DNA of 64,000 nucleotides, taken from Centroscyllium fabricii. Its lineage: Eukaryota. Made by a program: the position numbers and the translations under genes. Positions 1-13,400 of this stretch are shown piece after piece. How positions within the stretch are numbered: the first letter of the stretch is position 1; every line of letters begins with the position of its first letter. Under the pieces are notes generated by a model that was not told the origin of the DNA, did not search any database, and saw nothing but the letters and a program-made list of their open reading frames with translations. The stretch is taken from contig JBNRSN020000015.1 in assembly GCA_051313645.2 (NCBI GenBank), forward strand, positions 2,356,001-2,420,000. The letters run 5' to 3'.

Positions 1-1419
1 GGTTGATGGCATCAAGTTTGATGGTGTGAGGTTTGATGGCGTGAGGTTTGATGACGTGAGCTATGATGGCATCAAATTTGATCCCGTGAGGTTTGATGGC
101 TTGAGGTTTGATGGCGTGCGGTTTGATGTCGCGAGGTTTGATGACATGAGATTTGATGGTGTGAGTTTTGATGGAGTGAAGTTTGATGATGTGAGATTTG
201 ATGACGTGAGGTTTGATGACATCAGGTATGATGACGTGAGGTTTTACGACGTGGTGTTTGATGATGTGAGGTTTGATGATGTGAGGTTTGATCGCGTGGA
301 TTGATCGCGTGAGATTTGATGATGTGAGGTTTGATGGCGTGAGCTTTGATGGCATGAGGTTTGATGGCGTGAGGTTTGATGGCGTGACATTTGATAGCGT
401 GAGGTTTGATGGCATGAGGTTTGATGGCGTGAGGTGTGATGACGTGAGGTTTGATGGCGTGAATTTTGATGGCGTGAGCTTTGTTGACGTGAGGTTTGAT
501 GGCGTGAGTTTGATGACGTGAGGTTTGATGGCATGAGTTTGATGATGTGAGGTTTGATGGCGTGAGGTTTGATGGCGTGAGGTTTGATGGCATGAGGATT
601 GATGGCATGAGGTTTGATCATGAGGTTTGATGGCGTGAGCTTTGATGGAATGAGATTTGATGGCGTGTGGTTTGATGGCGTGAGGTTTGATGGCGTGATG
701 TTTGATCACGAGGTTTGATGGCCTGAGATTTGATGACATATGGTTTGATGGCATGAGGTTTGATGGCATGGGGTTTGATGGCATGAGTTTGATGGCGTGA
801 GATTTGGTGGTGTGAGGTTTGATGGCGTGTGGTTTAATGGCATGTGATTTGATGGCATGAGGTTTGAAGGCGTGAGGTTTGATGGCATGAGGTTTGGGGA
901 CATGAGATTTGATGGCAGGGGTTTTGATGGAGTGAAGTTTGATGACATAAGGTTTGATGGCATGAGGTTTGATGATGTGAGGTTTGATGGCGTGAGGTTT
1001 GATGACGTGAGGTTTGATGATGTGAGGTTTGATGGCATGACAATTGCTGACGTGAGGTTTGATGGCGTGAGGTTTGATGGCGTGATGTTTGATCGTGTGA
1101 GGTTTGATGACGTGAGATTTGACAGCGTGAGATTTGATGGCGTGAGGTTTGATGGCGTGAGATTTGATACCTTGAGGTTTGATGGCGTGAGGTATGATCG
1201 CGTGAGATTTGATGGAGTGAGGTTTGATGGCATGAGGTATAATGGCGTGAGATTTGATGGAGTGAGGTTTGATGGCGTGAGGTTTAATGACGTGAGGTTT
1301 GATGCCGGGATGTTTGATTTTGTGAGGTTTGCTCATGTGAGGTTTAATGGCATGAGGTTTGATGGCGTGAGGTTTGATGGCATGAGGTTTGATGGCATGA
1401 GGTTTGATCGTGTGAGGTT

Positions 1420-4400
1420 TGATGGCTTGAGGTTTGATGGCGTGAGGTTTGACGCCATGAGGTATGATGGCATTTGATGGTGTGAGGTTTGATCGCATGA
1501 GGTTTGATGGCGTGAGGTTTGAAGGCATGAGGTATGATGGCGTGAGGTTTGATGACGTGAGGTATGATCGCGTGAGGTTTGATGTCATGAGGTTTGATGG
1601 TGTGAGGTTGATGGCATCAAGTTTGATGGTGTGAGGTTTGATGGCGTGAGGTTTGATGACGTGAGCTATGATGGCGTCAGATTTGATCCCGTGAGGTTTG
1701 ATGGCTTGAGGTTTGATGGCGTGCGGTTTGATGGCGCGAGGTTTGATGGTGTGATGTTTGATATCGTGAGGTTTGATGACATGAGATTTGATGGTGTGAG
1801 TTTTGATGGAGTGAAGTTTGATGACGTGAGATTTGATGACATGAGGTTTGATGACATCAGGTATGATGACGTGTGGTTTTACGATGTGGTGTTTGATGAT
1901 ATGAGGTTTGATGATGTGAGGTTTGATGATGTGAGGTTTGATCGCGTGGATTGATCGCGTCAGATTTGGTGACGTGAGGTTTGATGGCGTGATCTTTGAT
2001 GGCGTGAAGTTTGATGGCGTGAGGTTTGATGGCGTGACATTTGATAGCGTGAGGTTTGATGGCATTTGATGGTGTGAGGTTTGATCGCATGAGGTTTGAT
2101 GGCGTGAGGTTTGAAAGCGTGAGGTATGATGGCGTGAGGTTTGATGACGTGAGGAATGATCGCGTGAGGTTTGATGGCATGAGGTTTGATGGCATGAGAT
2201 TCGATGACATGAGGTTTAATGGCGTGAGGTTTGATGTTGTGAGGTTTGATGTCGTGAAGTTTGATGGCGTGAGGTTTGATTGCATGAGGTTTGAAGGCGT
2301 GAGGTTTGATGGTGTGAGATTTGATTGCGTGAGGTTTGATGGCATTTGATGGTGTGAGGTTTGATCGCATGAGGTTTGATGGCGTGAGGTTTGAAGGCGT
2401 GAGGTATGATGGCGTGAGGTTTGATGACGTGAGGTATGATCGCGTGAGGTTTGATGGCGTGAGGTTTGATGGCATGAGGTTTGATGGCATGTGGTTTGAT
2501 GGTGTGAGATTTGATGGCATTTGATGGTGTGAGGTTTGATCGCATGAGGTTTGATGGCGTGAGGTTTGGTCGCATGAGGTTTGAAGGCGTGAGTTTTGAT
2601 GGCGTGAGATTTGATGGCGTGAGGTTTGATGGCGTGAGATTTGATACCTTGAGGTTTGATGGTGTGAGGTATGATGGCGTGAGATTTGATGGAGTGAGGT
2701 TTGATGGCATGAGGTATGATGGCGTGAGATTTGATGGAGTGAGGTTTGATGGCATGAGGTTTAATGACGTGAGGTTTGATGCCGGGATGTTTGATTTTGT
2801 GAGGTTTGCTTATGTGAGGTTTAATGGCGTGAGGTTTGATGGCGGGAGGTTTGATGCCGTGAGGTTTGATGGCATGATGTTTGATCGCATGAGGTTTGAT
2901 GGCATGAGGTTTGATCGTGTGAGGTTTGATGGCTTGAGGTTTGATGGCGTGAGGTTTGACGCCATGAGGTTTGATGGCATTTGATGTTGTGAGGTTTGAT
3001 CGCATGAGGTTTGATGGCGTGAGGTTTGAAGGCGTGAGGTTTGATGACGTGAGGAATGATCGCGTGAGGTTTGATGGCGTGAGGTTCGATGGTATGAGGT
3101 TGATGGCATCAAGTTTGATGGTGTGAGGTTTGATGGCGTGAGGTTTGATGACGTGAGCTATGATGGCATCAAATTTGATCCCGTGAGGTTTGATGGCTTG
3201 AGGTTTGATGGCGTGCGGTTTGATGGCGCGAGGTTTGATGGTGTGATGTTTGATATCGTGAGGTTTGATGACATGAGATTTGATGGTGTGAGTTTTGATG
3301 GAGTGAAGTTTGATGATGTGAGATTTGATGACGTGAGGTTTGATGACATCAGGTATGATGACGTGAGGTTTTACGACGTGGTGTTTGATGATGTGAGGTT
3401 TGATGATGTGAGGTTTGATCGCGTGGATTGATCGCGTGAGATTTGATGATGTGAGGTTTGATGGCGTGAGCTTTGATGGCATGAGGTTTGATGGCGTGAG
3501 GTTTGATGGCGTGACATTTGATAGCGTGAGGTTTGATGGCGTGAGGTTTGATGGTGTGAGGTGTGATGACGTGAGGTTTGATGGCGTGAATTTTGATGGC
3601 GTGAGCTTTGATGACGTGAGGTTTGATGGCGTGAGGTTTGATGGCGTGAGGTTTGATGGCATGAGGATTGATGGCATGAGGTTTGATCATGAGGTTTGAT
3701 GGCGTGAGCTTTGATGGAATGAGATTTGATGGCGTGTGGTTTGATGGCGTGAGGTTTGATGGCGTGATGTTTGATCACGAGGTTTGATGGCCTGAGATTT
3801 GATGACATATGGTTTGATGGCATGAGGTTTGATGGCATGAGGTTTGATGGCATGAGGTTTAATGGCAGGAATTTTGAGGGCATGAGATTTGATGGCGTGT
3901 GGTTTGATGGCGTGAGGTTTGATGGCGTGATGTTTGATCACGAGGTTTGATGGCCTGAGATTTGATGACATATGGTTTGATGGCATGAGGTTTGATGGCA
4001 TGAGGTTTGATGGCATGAGGTTTAATGGCAGGAATTTTGAGGGCATGAGGTTTGATGGCATGGGGTTTGATGGCATGAGTTTGATGGTGTGAGATTTGGT
4101 GGCGTGAGGTTTGATGGCGTGTGGTTTAATGGCATGTGATTTGATGGCATGAGGTTTGAAGGCGTGAGGTTTGATGGTGTGAGGTTTGATGGCATGAGGT
4201 TTGGTGACATGAGATTTGATGGCAGGAATTTTGATGGAGTGAAGTTTGATGATATAAGGTTTGATGGCATGAGGTTTGATGATGTGAGGTTTGATGGCGT
4301 GAGGTTTGATGACGTGAGGTTTGATGATGTGAGGTTTGATGGCATGACAATTGCTGACGTGAGGTTTGGTGGCGTGAGGTTTGATGGCGTGATGTTTGAT

Positions 4401-7400
4401 CGTGTGAGGTTTGATGACGTGAGATTTGACAATGTGAGATTTGATGGCGTGAGGTTTGATGGCGTGAGATTTGATACCTTGATGTTTGATGGCGTGAGGT
4501 ATGATCGCGTGAGATTTGATGGAGTGAGGTTTGATGGCATGAGGTATAATGGCGTGAGATTTGATGGAGTGAGGTTTGATGGCGTGAGGTTTAATGACGT
4601 GAGGTTTGATGCCGGGATGTTTGATTTTGTGAGGTTTGCTCATGTGAGGTTTAATGGCATGAGGTTTGATGGCGTGAGGTTTGATGGCATGAGGTTTGAT
4701 GGCATGAGGTTTGATCGTGTGAGGTTTGATGGCTTGAGGTTTGATGGCGTGAGGTTTGACGCCATGAGGTATGATGGCATTTGATCGTGTGAGGTTTGAT
4801 CGCATGAGGTTTGATGGCGTGAGGTTTGAAGGCGTGAGGTATGATGGCGTGAGGTTTGATGACGTGAGGTATGATCGCGTGAGGTTTGATGGCATGAGGT
4901 TCGATGGTGTGAGGTTTATGGCATCAAGTTTGATGGTGTGAGGTTTGATGGCGTGAGGTTTGATGACGTGAGCTATGATGGCGTCAGATTTGATCTCGTG
5001 AGGTTTGATGGCTTGAGGTTTGATGGCGTGCGCTTTGATGGCGCGAGGTTTGATGGTGTGATATTTGATATCGTGAGGTTTGATGACATGAGATTTGATG
5101 GTGTGAGTTTTGATGGAGTGAAGTTTGATGACGTGAGATTTGATGACATGAGGTTTGATGACATCAGGTATGATGACGTGTGGTTTTACGATGTGGTGTT
5201 TGATGATGTGAGGTTTGATGGCGTGAGGTGTGATGACGTGAGGTTTGATGGTGTGAATTTTGATGGCGTGAGCTTTGATGACGTGAGGTTTGATGGCGTG
5301 AATTTGATGACGTGAGCTTTGATGGCATGAGTTTGATGATGTGAGGTTTGATGGCGTGAGGTTTGATGGCGTGAGGTTTGATGGCATGAGGATTGATGGC
5401 ATGAGGTTTGATCATGAGGTTTGATGGCGTGAGCTTTCATGGAATGAGATTTGATGGCGTGAGGTTTGATGGCATGAGGTTTGATGGCGTGATGTTTGAT
5501 CGCGAGCTTTGATGGCCTGAGATTTGATGACATATGGTTTGATGGCATGAGGTTTGATGGCATGAGGTTTGATGGCAGGAATTTTGATGGCATGAGGTTT
5601 GATGGCATGGGGTTTGATGGCATGAGTTTGATGGCGTGAGATTTGGTGGCGTGAGGTTTGATGGCGTGTGGTTTAATGGCATGTGATTTGATGGTATGAG
5701 GTTTGAAGGCGTGAGGTTTGATGGTGTGAGGTTTGATGGCATGAGGTTTGATGACATGAGATTTGATGGCAGGGGTTTTGATGGAGTGAAGTTTGATGAC
5801 ATAATGTTTGATGGCATGAGGTTTGATGATGTGAGGTTTGATGGCGTGAGGTTTGATGACGTGAGGTTTGATGATGTGAGGTTTGATGGCATGACAATTG
5901 ATGACGTGAGGTTTGATGGCGTGGGGTTTGATGGCGTGATGTTTGATCGTGTGAGGTTTGATGACATGAGATTTGACAGCGTGAGATTTGATGGCGTGAG
6001 GTTTGATGGCGTGAGATTTGATACCTTGAGGTTTGATGTCGTGAGCTATGATCGCGTGAGATTTGATGGAGTGAGGTTTGATGGCATGAGGTATAATGGC
6101 GTGAGATTTGATGGAGTGAGGTTTGATGGCGTGAGGTTTAATGACGTGAGGTTTGATGCCGGGATGTTTGATTTTGTGAGGTTTGCTCATGTGAGGTTTA
6201 ATGGCATGAGGTTTGATGGCGTGAGGTTTGATGGCATGAGGTTTGATGGCATGAGGTTTGATCGTGTGAGGTTTGATGGCTTGAGGTTTGATGGCGTGAG
6301 GTTTGACGCCATGAGTTATGATGGCATTTGATGGTGTGAGGTTTGATCGCATGAGGTTTGATGGCATGAGGTTTGAAGGCGTGAGGTATGATGGCGTGAG
6401 GTTTGATGACGTGAGGTATGATCGCGTGAGGTTTGATGGCATGAGGTTTGATGGTGTGAGGTTGATGGCATCAAGTTTGATGGTGTGAGGTTTGATGGCG
6501 TGAGGTTTGATGACGTGAGCTATGATGGCGTCAGATTTGATCCCGTGAGGTTTGATGGGTTGAGGTTTGATGGCGTGCGGTTTGATGGCGCGAGGTTTGA
6601 TGGTGTGATGTTTGATATCGTGAGGTTTGATGACATGAGATTTGATGGTGTGAGTTTTGATGGAGTGAAGTTTGATGACGTGAGATTTGATGACGTGAGG
6701 TTTGATGACATCAGGTGTGATGACGTGTGGTTTTACGATGTGGTGTTTGATGATGTGAGGTTTGATGATGTGAGGTTTGATGATGTGAGGTTTGATCGCG
6801 TGGATTGATCGCGTGAGATTTGATGACGTGAGGTTTGATGGCGTGAGCTTTGATGGCGTGAGGTTTGATGGCATGAGGTTTGATGGCGTGACATTTGATA
6901 GCGTGAGGTTTGATGGTGTGAGCTTTGATGGCGTGAGGTGTGATGACGTGAGGTTTGATGGTGTGAATTTTGATGGCGTGAGCTTTGATGATGTGAGGTT
7001 TGATGGCGTGAGCTTGATGACGTGAGGTTTGATGGCATGAGTTTGATGATGTGAGGTTTGATGTCATGAGGTTTGATGGCGTGAGGTTTGATGGCATGAG
7101 AATTGATGGCCTGAGGTTTGATCATGAGGTTTGATGGCGTGAGCTTTGATGGAATGAGATTTGATGGCGTGAGGTTTGATGGCATGAGGTTTGATGGCGT
7201 GATGTTTGATCGCGAGGTTTGATGGCCTGAGATTTGATGACATATGGTTTGATGGCATGAGGTTTGATGGCATGAGGTTTGATGGCAGGAATTTTGATGG
7301 CATGAGCTTTGATGGCATGGGGTTTGATGGCATGAGTTTGATGGCGTGAGATTTGGTGGCGTGAGGTTTGATGGCGTGTGGTTTAATGGCATGAGGTTTG

Positions 7401-10400
7401 ATGCCATGAGATTTGATGGCAGGGGTTTTGATGGAGTGAAGTTTGATGACATAAGGTTTGATGGCATGAGGTTTGATGATGTCAGGTATGATGGTGTGAG
7501 GTTTGATGGCATGACAATTGATGACGTGAGCTTTGATGGCGTGAGGTTTGATGGCATGATGTTTGATCGTGTGAGGTTTGATGACGTGAGATTTGATAGC
7601 GTGAGGTTTGATGACGTGAGGTTTGATGACCTGAGGTTTGATGGCGTGTGGTTTGATGATGAGAGGTTTGATGACGTGAGGTTTGATGGCATGAGGTTTG
7701 ATGGCTTGAGGTTTGATGGCTTGAGGTTTGATGGCGTAAGGTTTGATGACGTGAGATTTGATGGAGTGAGGTTTGATGATGTGAGGTTTGATGACGTGAG
7801 GTTTGATGGCGTGAGGTTTGATGCTGTGAGCTTTGATGGCATGAGGTTTTATGATGTGAGGTTTGATGGCGTGAATGTGATGACGTGAGGTTTGATGGCG
7901 TAAGGTTTGATGCTGTGAGCTTTGATGGCATGAGGTTTGATGACATGAGGTTTGATGGCGTGAGGTTTGATGGCATGAGGTTTTGATGGCATGAGGATTG
8001 ATGGCATGTTGTTTGATGGCATGTGATTTGATGGCGTGAAGTTTGATGGAGTGAGGTTTGATGATGTGAGGTTTGATGACGTGAGGTTTGATGGCGTGAT
8101 GTTTGATGCTGTGAGCTTTGATGGCATGAGGTTTGATGACATGAGGTTTGATGGCATGAGGTTTGATGGCATGAGGTTTGATGGCATGAGGATTGATGGC
8201 ATGATGTTTGATGGCGTGTGATTTGATGGCGTGAAGTTTGATGACATGAGATTTGATGGCAAGGGTCATGATGGCATGAGGTTTGATGACGTGAGGTTAG
8301 ATTGCGTGAGGTTTGATGGCGTGAGGTTTGATGTCGTGAGATTTGATGGCGTGAGGATTGATGATGTGAGGTTTGATGGCATGAGGTTTGATGGCGTGAT
8401 GTTTGATGGCATGAGGTTTGATGACGTGCATTATGACATGAGGTTTGATCGCGAGGTTTGATGGCGTGAGGTTTGTTGACGTGAGTTTTGATGACGAGAT
8501 CTTCGATGACGTTAGGTTTGATGACGTGAGGTTTGATGACGTAAGGTTTGATGGTGTGAGGTCTGATGACGTGAGATTTGATTGCGTGCGGTTTGATGAC
8601 GTGAGGTTTGATGACGTGAGTTTTAATGACGTGACGTTTGATAACATGAAGTTTGATGATGTGAGGTTTGATCTCATGGTTTGATGCCGTGAGATTTGAT
8701 GACATGTGGTTTGATGGCGTGAGGTTTGATGATGTGAGGTTCTATGGCGTGAAGTTTGATGGCGTGAGGTGTGATGGGATGAGGTTTGATGGCATGAGGT
8801 TTGATGGCGTGAGGTTTGATGACGTGAGGTTCTATGGCGTGAGGTTCGATGGCGTGAGGTTTGATGGCATGAGGTTTGATGGCATGAGGTTTGATGGCAT
8901 GAGGTTTGATGGCTTGAGGTTTGATGACTTGAGGTTTGATGGCGTGAGGTTTGATGGCGTGAGGTTTGCTGACGTGAGTTTTAATGACGTGACGTTTGAT
9001 GGCTTGAGGTTTGATGGCGTGAGGTTTGACGCCATGAGGTATGATGGCATTTGATCGTGTGAGGTTTGATCGCATGAGGTTTGATGGCGTGAGGTTTGAA
9101 GGCGTGCGGTATGATGGCGTGAGGTTTGATGACGTGAGGTATGATCGCGTGAGGTTTGATGGCATGAGGTTTGATGGTGTGAGGTTGATGGCATCAAGTT
9201 TGATGGTGTGAGGTTTGATGGCGTGAGGTTTGATGACGTGAGCTATGATGGCGTCAGATTTGATCCCGTGAGGTTTGATGGCTTGAGGTTTGATGGCGTG
9301 CGGTTTGATGGCGCGAGGTTTGATGGTGTGATGTTTGATATCGTGAGGTTTGATGACATGAGATTTGATGGTGTGAGTTTTGATGGAGTGAAGTTTGATG
9401 ACGTGAGATTTGATGACATGAGGTTTGATGACATCAGGTATGATGACGTGTGGTTTTACGATGTGGTGTTTGATGATGTGAGGTTTGATGATGTGAGGTT
9501 TGATGATGTGAGGTTTGATCGCGTGGTTTGATCGCGTCAGATTTGGTGACGTGAGGTTTGATGGCGTGATCTTTGATGGCGTGAAGTTTGATGGCGTGAG
9601 GTTTGATGGCGTGACATTTGATAGCGTGAGGTTTGATGGCATTTGATGGTGTGAGGTTTGATCGCATGAGGTTTGATGGCGTGATGTTTGAAAGCGTGAG
9701 GTATGATGGCGTGAGGTTTGATGACGTGAGGAATGATCGCGTGAGGTTTGATGGCGTGAGGTTTGATGGCATGAGATTCGATGACATGAGGTTTAATGGC
9801 GTGAGGTTTGATGTTGTGAGGTTTGATGTCGTGAAGTTTGATGGCGTGAGGTTTGATTGCATGAGGTTTGAAGGCGTGAGGTTTGATGGTGTGAGATTTG
9901 ATTGCGTGAGGTTTGATGGCATTTGATGGTGTGAGGTTTGATCGCATGAGGTTTGATGGCGTGAGGTTTGAAGGCGTGAGGTATGATGGCGTGAGGTTTG
10001 ATGACGTGAGGTATGATCGCGTGAGGTTTGATGGCGTGAGGTTTGATGGCATGAGGTTTGATGGCATGTGGTTTGATGGCGTGAGATTTGATGGCATTTG
10101 ATGGTGTGAGGTTTGATCGCATGAGGTTTGATGGCGTGAGGTTTGATCGCATGAGGTTTGAAGGCGTGAGTTTTGATGGCGTGAGATTTGATGGCGTGAG
10201 GTTTGATGGCGTGAGATTTGATACCTTGAGGTTTGATGGTGTGAGGTATGATGGCGTGAGATTTGATGGAGTGAGGTTTGATGGCATGAGGTATGATGGC
10301 GTGAGATTTGATGGAGTGAGGTTTGATGGCGTGAGGTTTAATGACGTGAGGTTTGATGCCGGGATGTTTGATTTTGTGAGGTTTGCTTATGTGAGGTTTA

Positions 10401-13400
10401 ATGGCGTGAGGTTTGATGGCGGGAGGTTTGATGCCGTGAGGTTTGATGGCTTGATGTTTGATCGCATGAGATTTGATGGCATGAGGTTTGATCGTGTGAG
10501 GTTTGATGGCTTGAGGTTTGATGGCGTGATGTTTGACGCCATGAGGTTTGATGGCATTTGATGTTGTGAGGTTTGATCGCATGAGGTTTGATGGCGTGAG
10601 GTTTGAAGGCGTGAGGTTTGATGACGTGAGGAATGATCGCGTGAGGTTTGATGGCGTGAGGTTCGATGGTATGAGGTTGATGGCATCAAGTTTGATGGTG
10701 TGAGGTTTGATGGCGTGAGGTTTGATGACGTGAGCTATGATGGCATCAAATTTGATCCCGTGAGGTTTGATGGCTTGAGGTTTGATGGCGTGCGGTTTGA
10801 TGGCGCGAGGTTTGATGGTGTGATGTTTGATATCGTGAGGTTTGATGACATGAGATTTGATGGTGTGAGTTTTGATGGAGTGAAGTTTGATGACGTGAGA
10901 TTTGATGACGTGAGGTTTGATGACATCAGGTATGATGACGTGAGGTTTTACGACGTGGTGTTTGATGATGTGAGGTTTGATGATGTGAGGTTTGATCGCG
11001 TGGATTGATCGCGTGAGATTTGATGATGTGAGGTTTGATGGCGTGAGCTTTGATGGCATGAGGTTTGATGGCGTGAGGTTTGATGGCGTGACATTTGATA
11101 GCGTGAGGTTTGATGGCGTGAGGTTTGATGGCGTGAGGTGTGATGACGTGAGGTTTGATGGCGTGAATTTTGATGGCGTGAGCTTTGATGACGTGAGGTT
11201 TGATGGCGTGAGTTTGATGACGTGAGGGTTGATGGCGTGAGGTTTGATGGCATGAGGATTGATGGCATGAGGTTTGATCATGAGGTTTGATGGCGTGAGC
11301 TTTGATGGAATGAGATTTGATGGCGTGTGGTTTGATGGCGTGAGGTTTGATGGCGTGATGTTTGATCACGAGGTTTGATGGCCTGAGATTTGATGACATA
11401 TGGTTTGATGGCATGAGGTTTGATGGCATGAGGTTTGATGGCATGAGGTTTAATGGCAGGAATTTTGAGGGCATGAGATTTGATGGCGTGTGGTTTGATG
11501 GCGTGAGGTTTGATGGCGTGATGTTTGATCACGAGGTTTGATGGCCTGAGATTTGATGACATATGGTTTGATGGCATGAGGTTTGATGGCATGAGGTTTG
11601 ATGGCATGAGGTTTGATGGCATGAGTTTGATGGCGTGAGATTTGGTGGCGTGAGGTTTGATGGCGTGTGGTTTAATGGCATGTGATTTGATGGCATGAGG
11701 TTTGAAGGCGTGAGGTTTGATGGTGTGAGGTTTGATGGCATGAGGTTTGGTGACATGAGATTTGATGGCAGGGATTTTGATGGAGTGAAGTTTGATGACA
11801 TAAGGTTTGATGGCATGAGGTTTGATGATGTGAGGTTTGATGGCGTGAGGTTTGATGACGTGAGGTTTGATGATGTGAGGTTTGATGGCATGACAATTGC
11901 TGACGTGAGGTTTGATGGCGTGAGGTTTGATGGCGTGATGTTTGATCGTGTGAGGTTTGATGACGTGAGATTTGACAGCGTGAGATTTGATGGCGTGAGG
12001 TTTGATGGCGTGAGATTTGATACCTTGATGTTTGATGGCGTGAGGTATGATCGCGTGAGATTTGATGGAGTGAGGTTTGATGGCATGAGGTATAATGGCG
12101 TGAGATTTGATGGAGTGAGGTTTGATGGCGTGAGGTTTAATGACGTGAGGTTTGATGCCGGGATGTTTGATTTTGTGAGGTTTGCTCATGTGAGGTTTAA
12201 TGGCATCAGGTTTGATGGCGTGAGGTTTGATGGCATGAGGTTTGATGGCATGAGGTTTGATCGTGTGAGGTTTGATGGCTTGAGGTTTGATGGCGTGAGG
12301 TTTGACGCCATGAGGTATGATGGCATTTGATCGTGTGAGGTTTGATCGCATGAGGTTTGATGGCGTGAGGTTTGAAGGCGTGAGGTATGATGGCGTGAGG
12401 TTTGATGACGTGAGGTATGATCGCGTGAGGTTTGATGGCATGAGGTTTGATGGTGTGAGGTTGATGGCATCAAGTTTGATGGTGTGAGGTTTGATGGCGT
12501 GAGGTTTGATGACGTGAGCTATGATGGCGTCAGATTTGATCTCGTGAGGTTTGATGGCTTGAGGTTTGATGGCGTGCGGTTTGATGGCGCGAGGTTTGAT
12601 GGTGTGATATTTGATATCGTGAGGTTTGATGACATGAGATTTGATGGTGTGAGTTTTGATGGAGTGAAGTTTGATGACGTGAGATTTGATGACATGAGGT
12701 TTGATGACATCAGCTATGATGACGTGTGGTTTTACGATGTGGTGTTTGATGATGTGAGGTTTGATGGCGTGAGGTGTGATGACGTGAGGTTTGATGGTGT
12801 GAATTTGATGACGTGAGGTTTGATGGCATGAGTTTGTTGATGTGAGGTTTGATGGCGTGAGGTTTGATGGCGTGAGGTTTGATGGCATGAGGATTGATGG
12901 CATGAGGTTTGATCATGAGGTTTGATGGCGTGAGCTTTGATGGAATGAGATTTGATGGCGTGAGGTTTGATGGCATGAGGTTTGATGGCGTGATGTTTGA
13001 TCGCGAGGTTTGATGGCCTGAGATTTGATGACATATGGTTTGATGGCATGAGGTTTGATGGCATGAGGTTTGATGGCAGGAATTTTGATGGCATGAGGTT
13101 TGATGGCATGGGGTTTGATGGCATGAGTTTGATGGCGTGAGATTTGGTGGCGTGAGGTTTGATGGCGTGTGGTTTAATGGCATGTGATTTGATGGTATGA
13201 GGTTTGAAGGCGTGAGGTTTGATGGTGTGAGGTTTGATGGCATGAGGTTTGATGACATGAGATTTGATGGCAGGGGTTTTGATGGAGTGAAGTTTGATGA
13301 CATAATGTTTGATGGCATGAGGTTTGATGATGTGAGGTTTGATGGCGTGAGGTTTGATGACGTGAGGTTTGATGATGTGAGGTTTGATGGCATGACAATT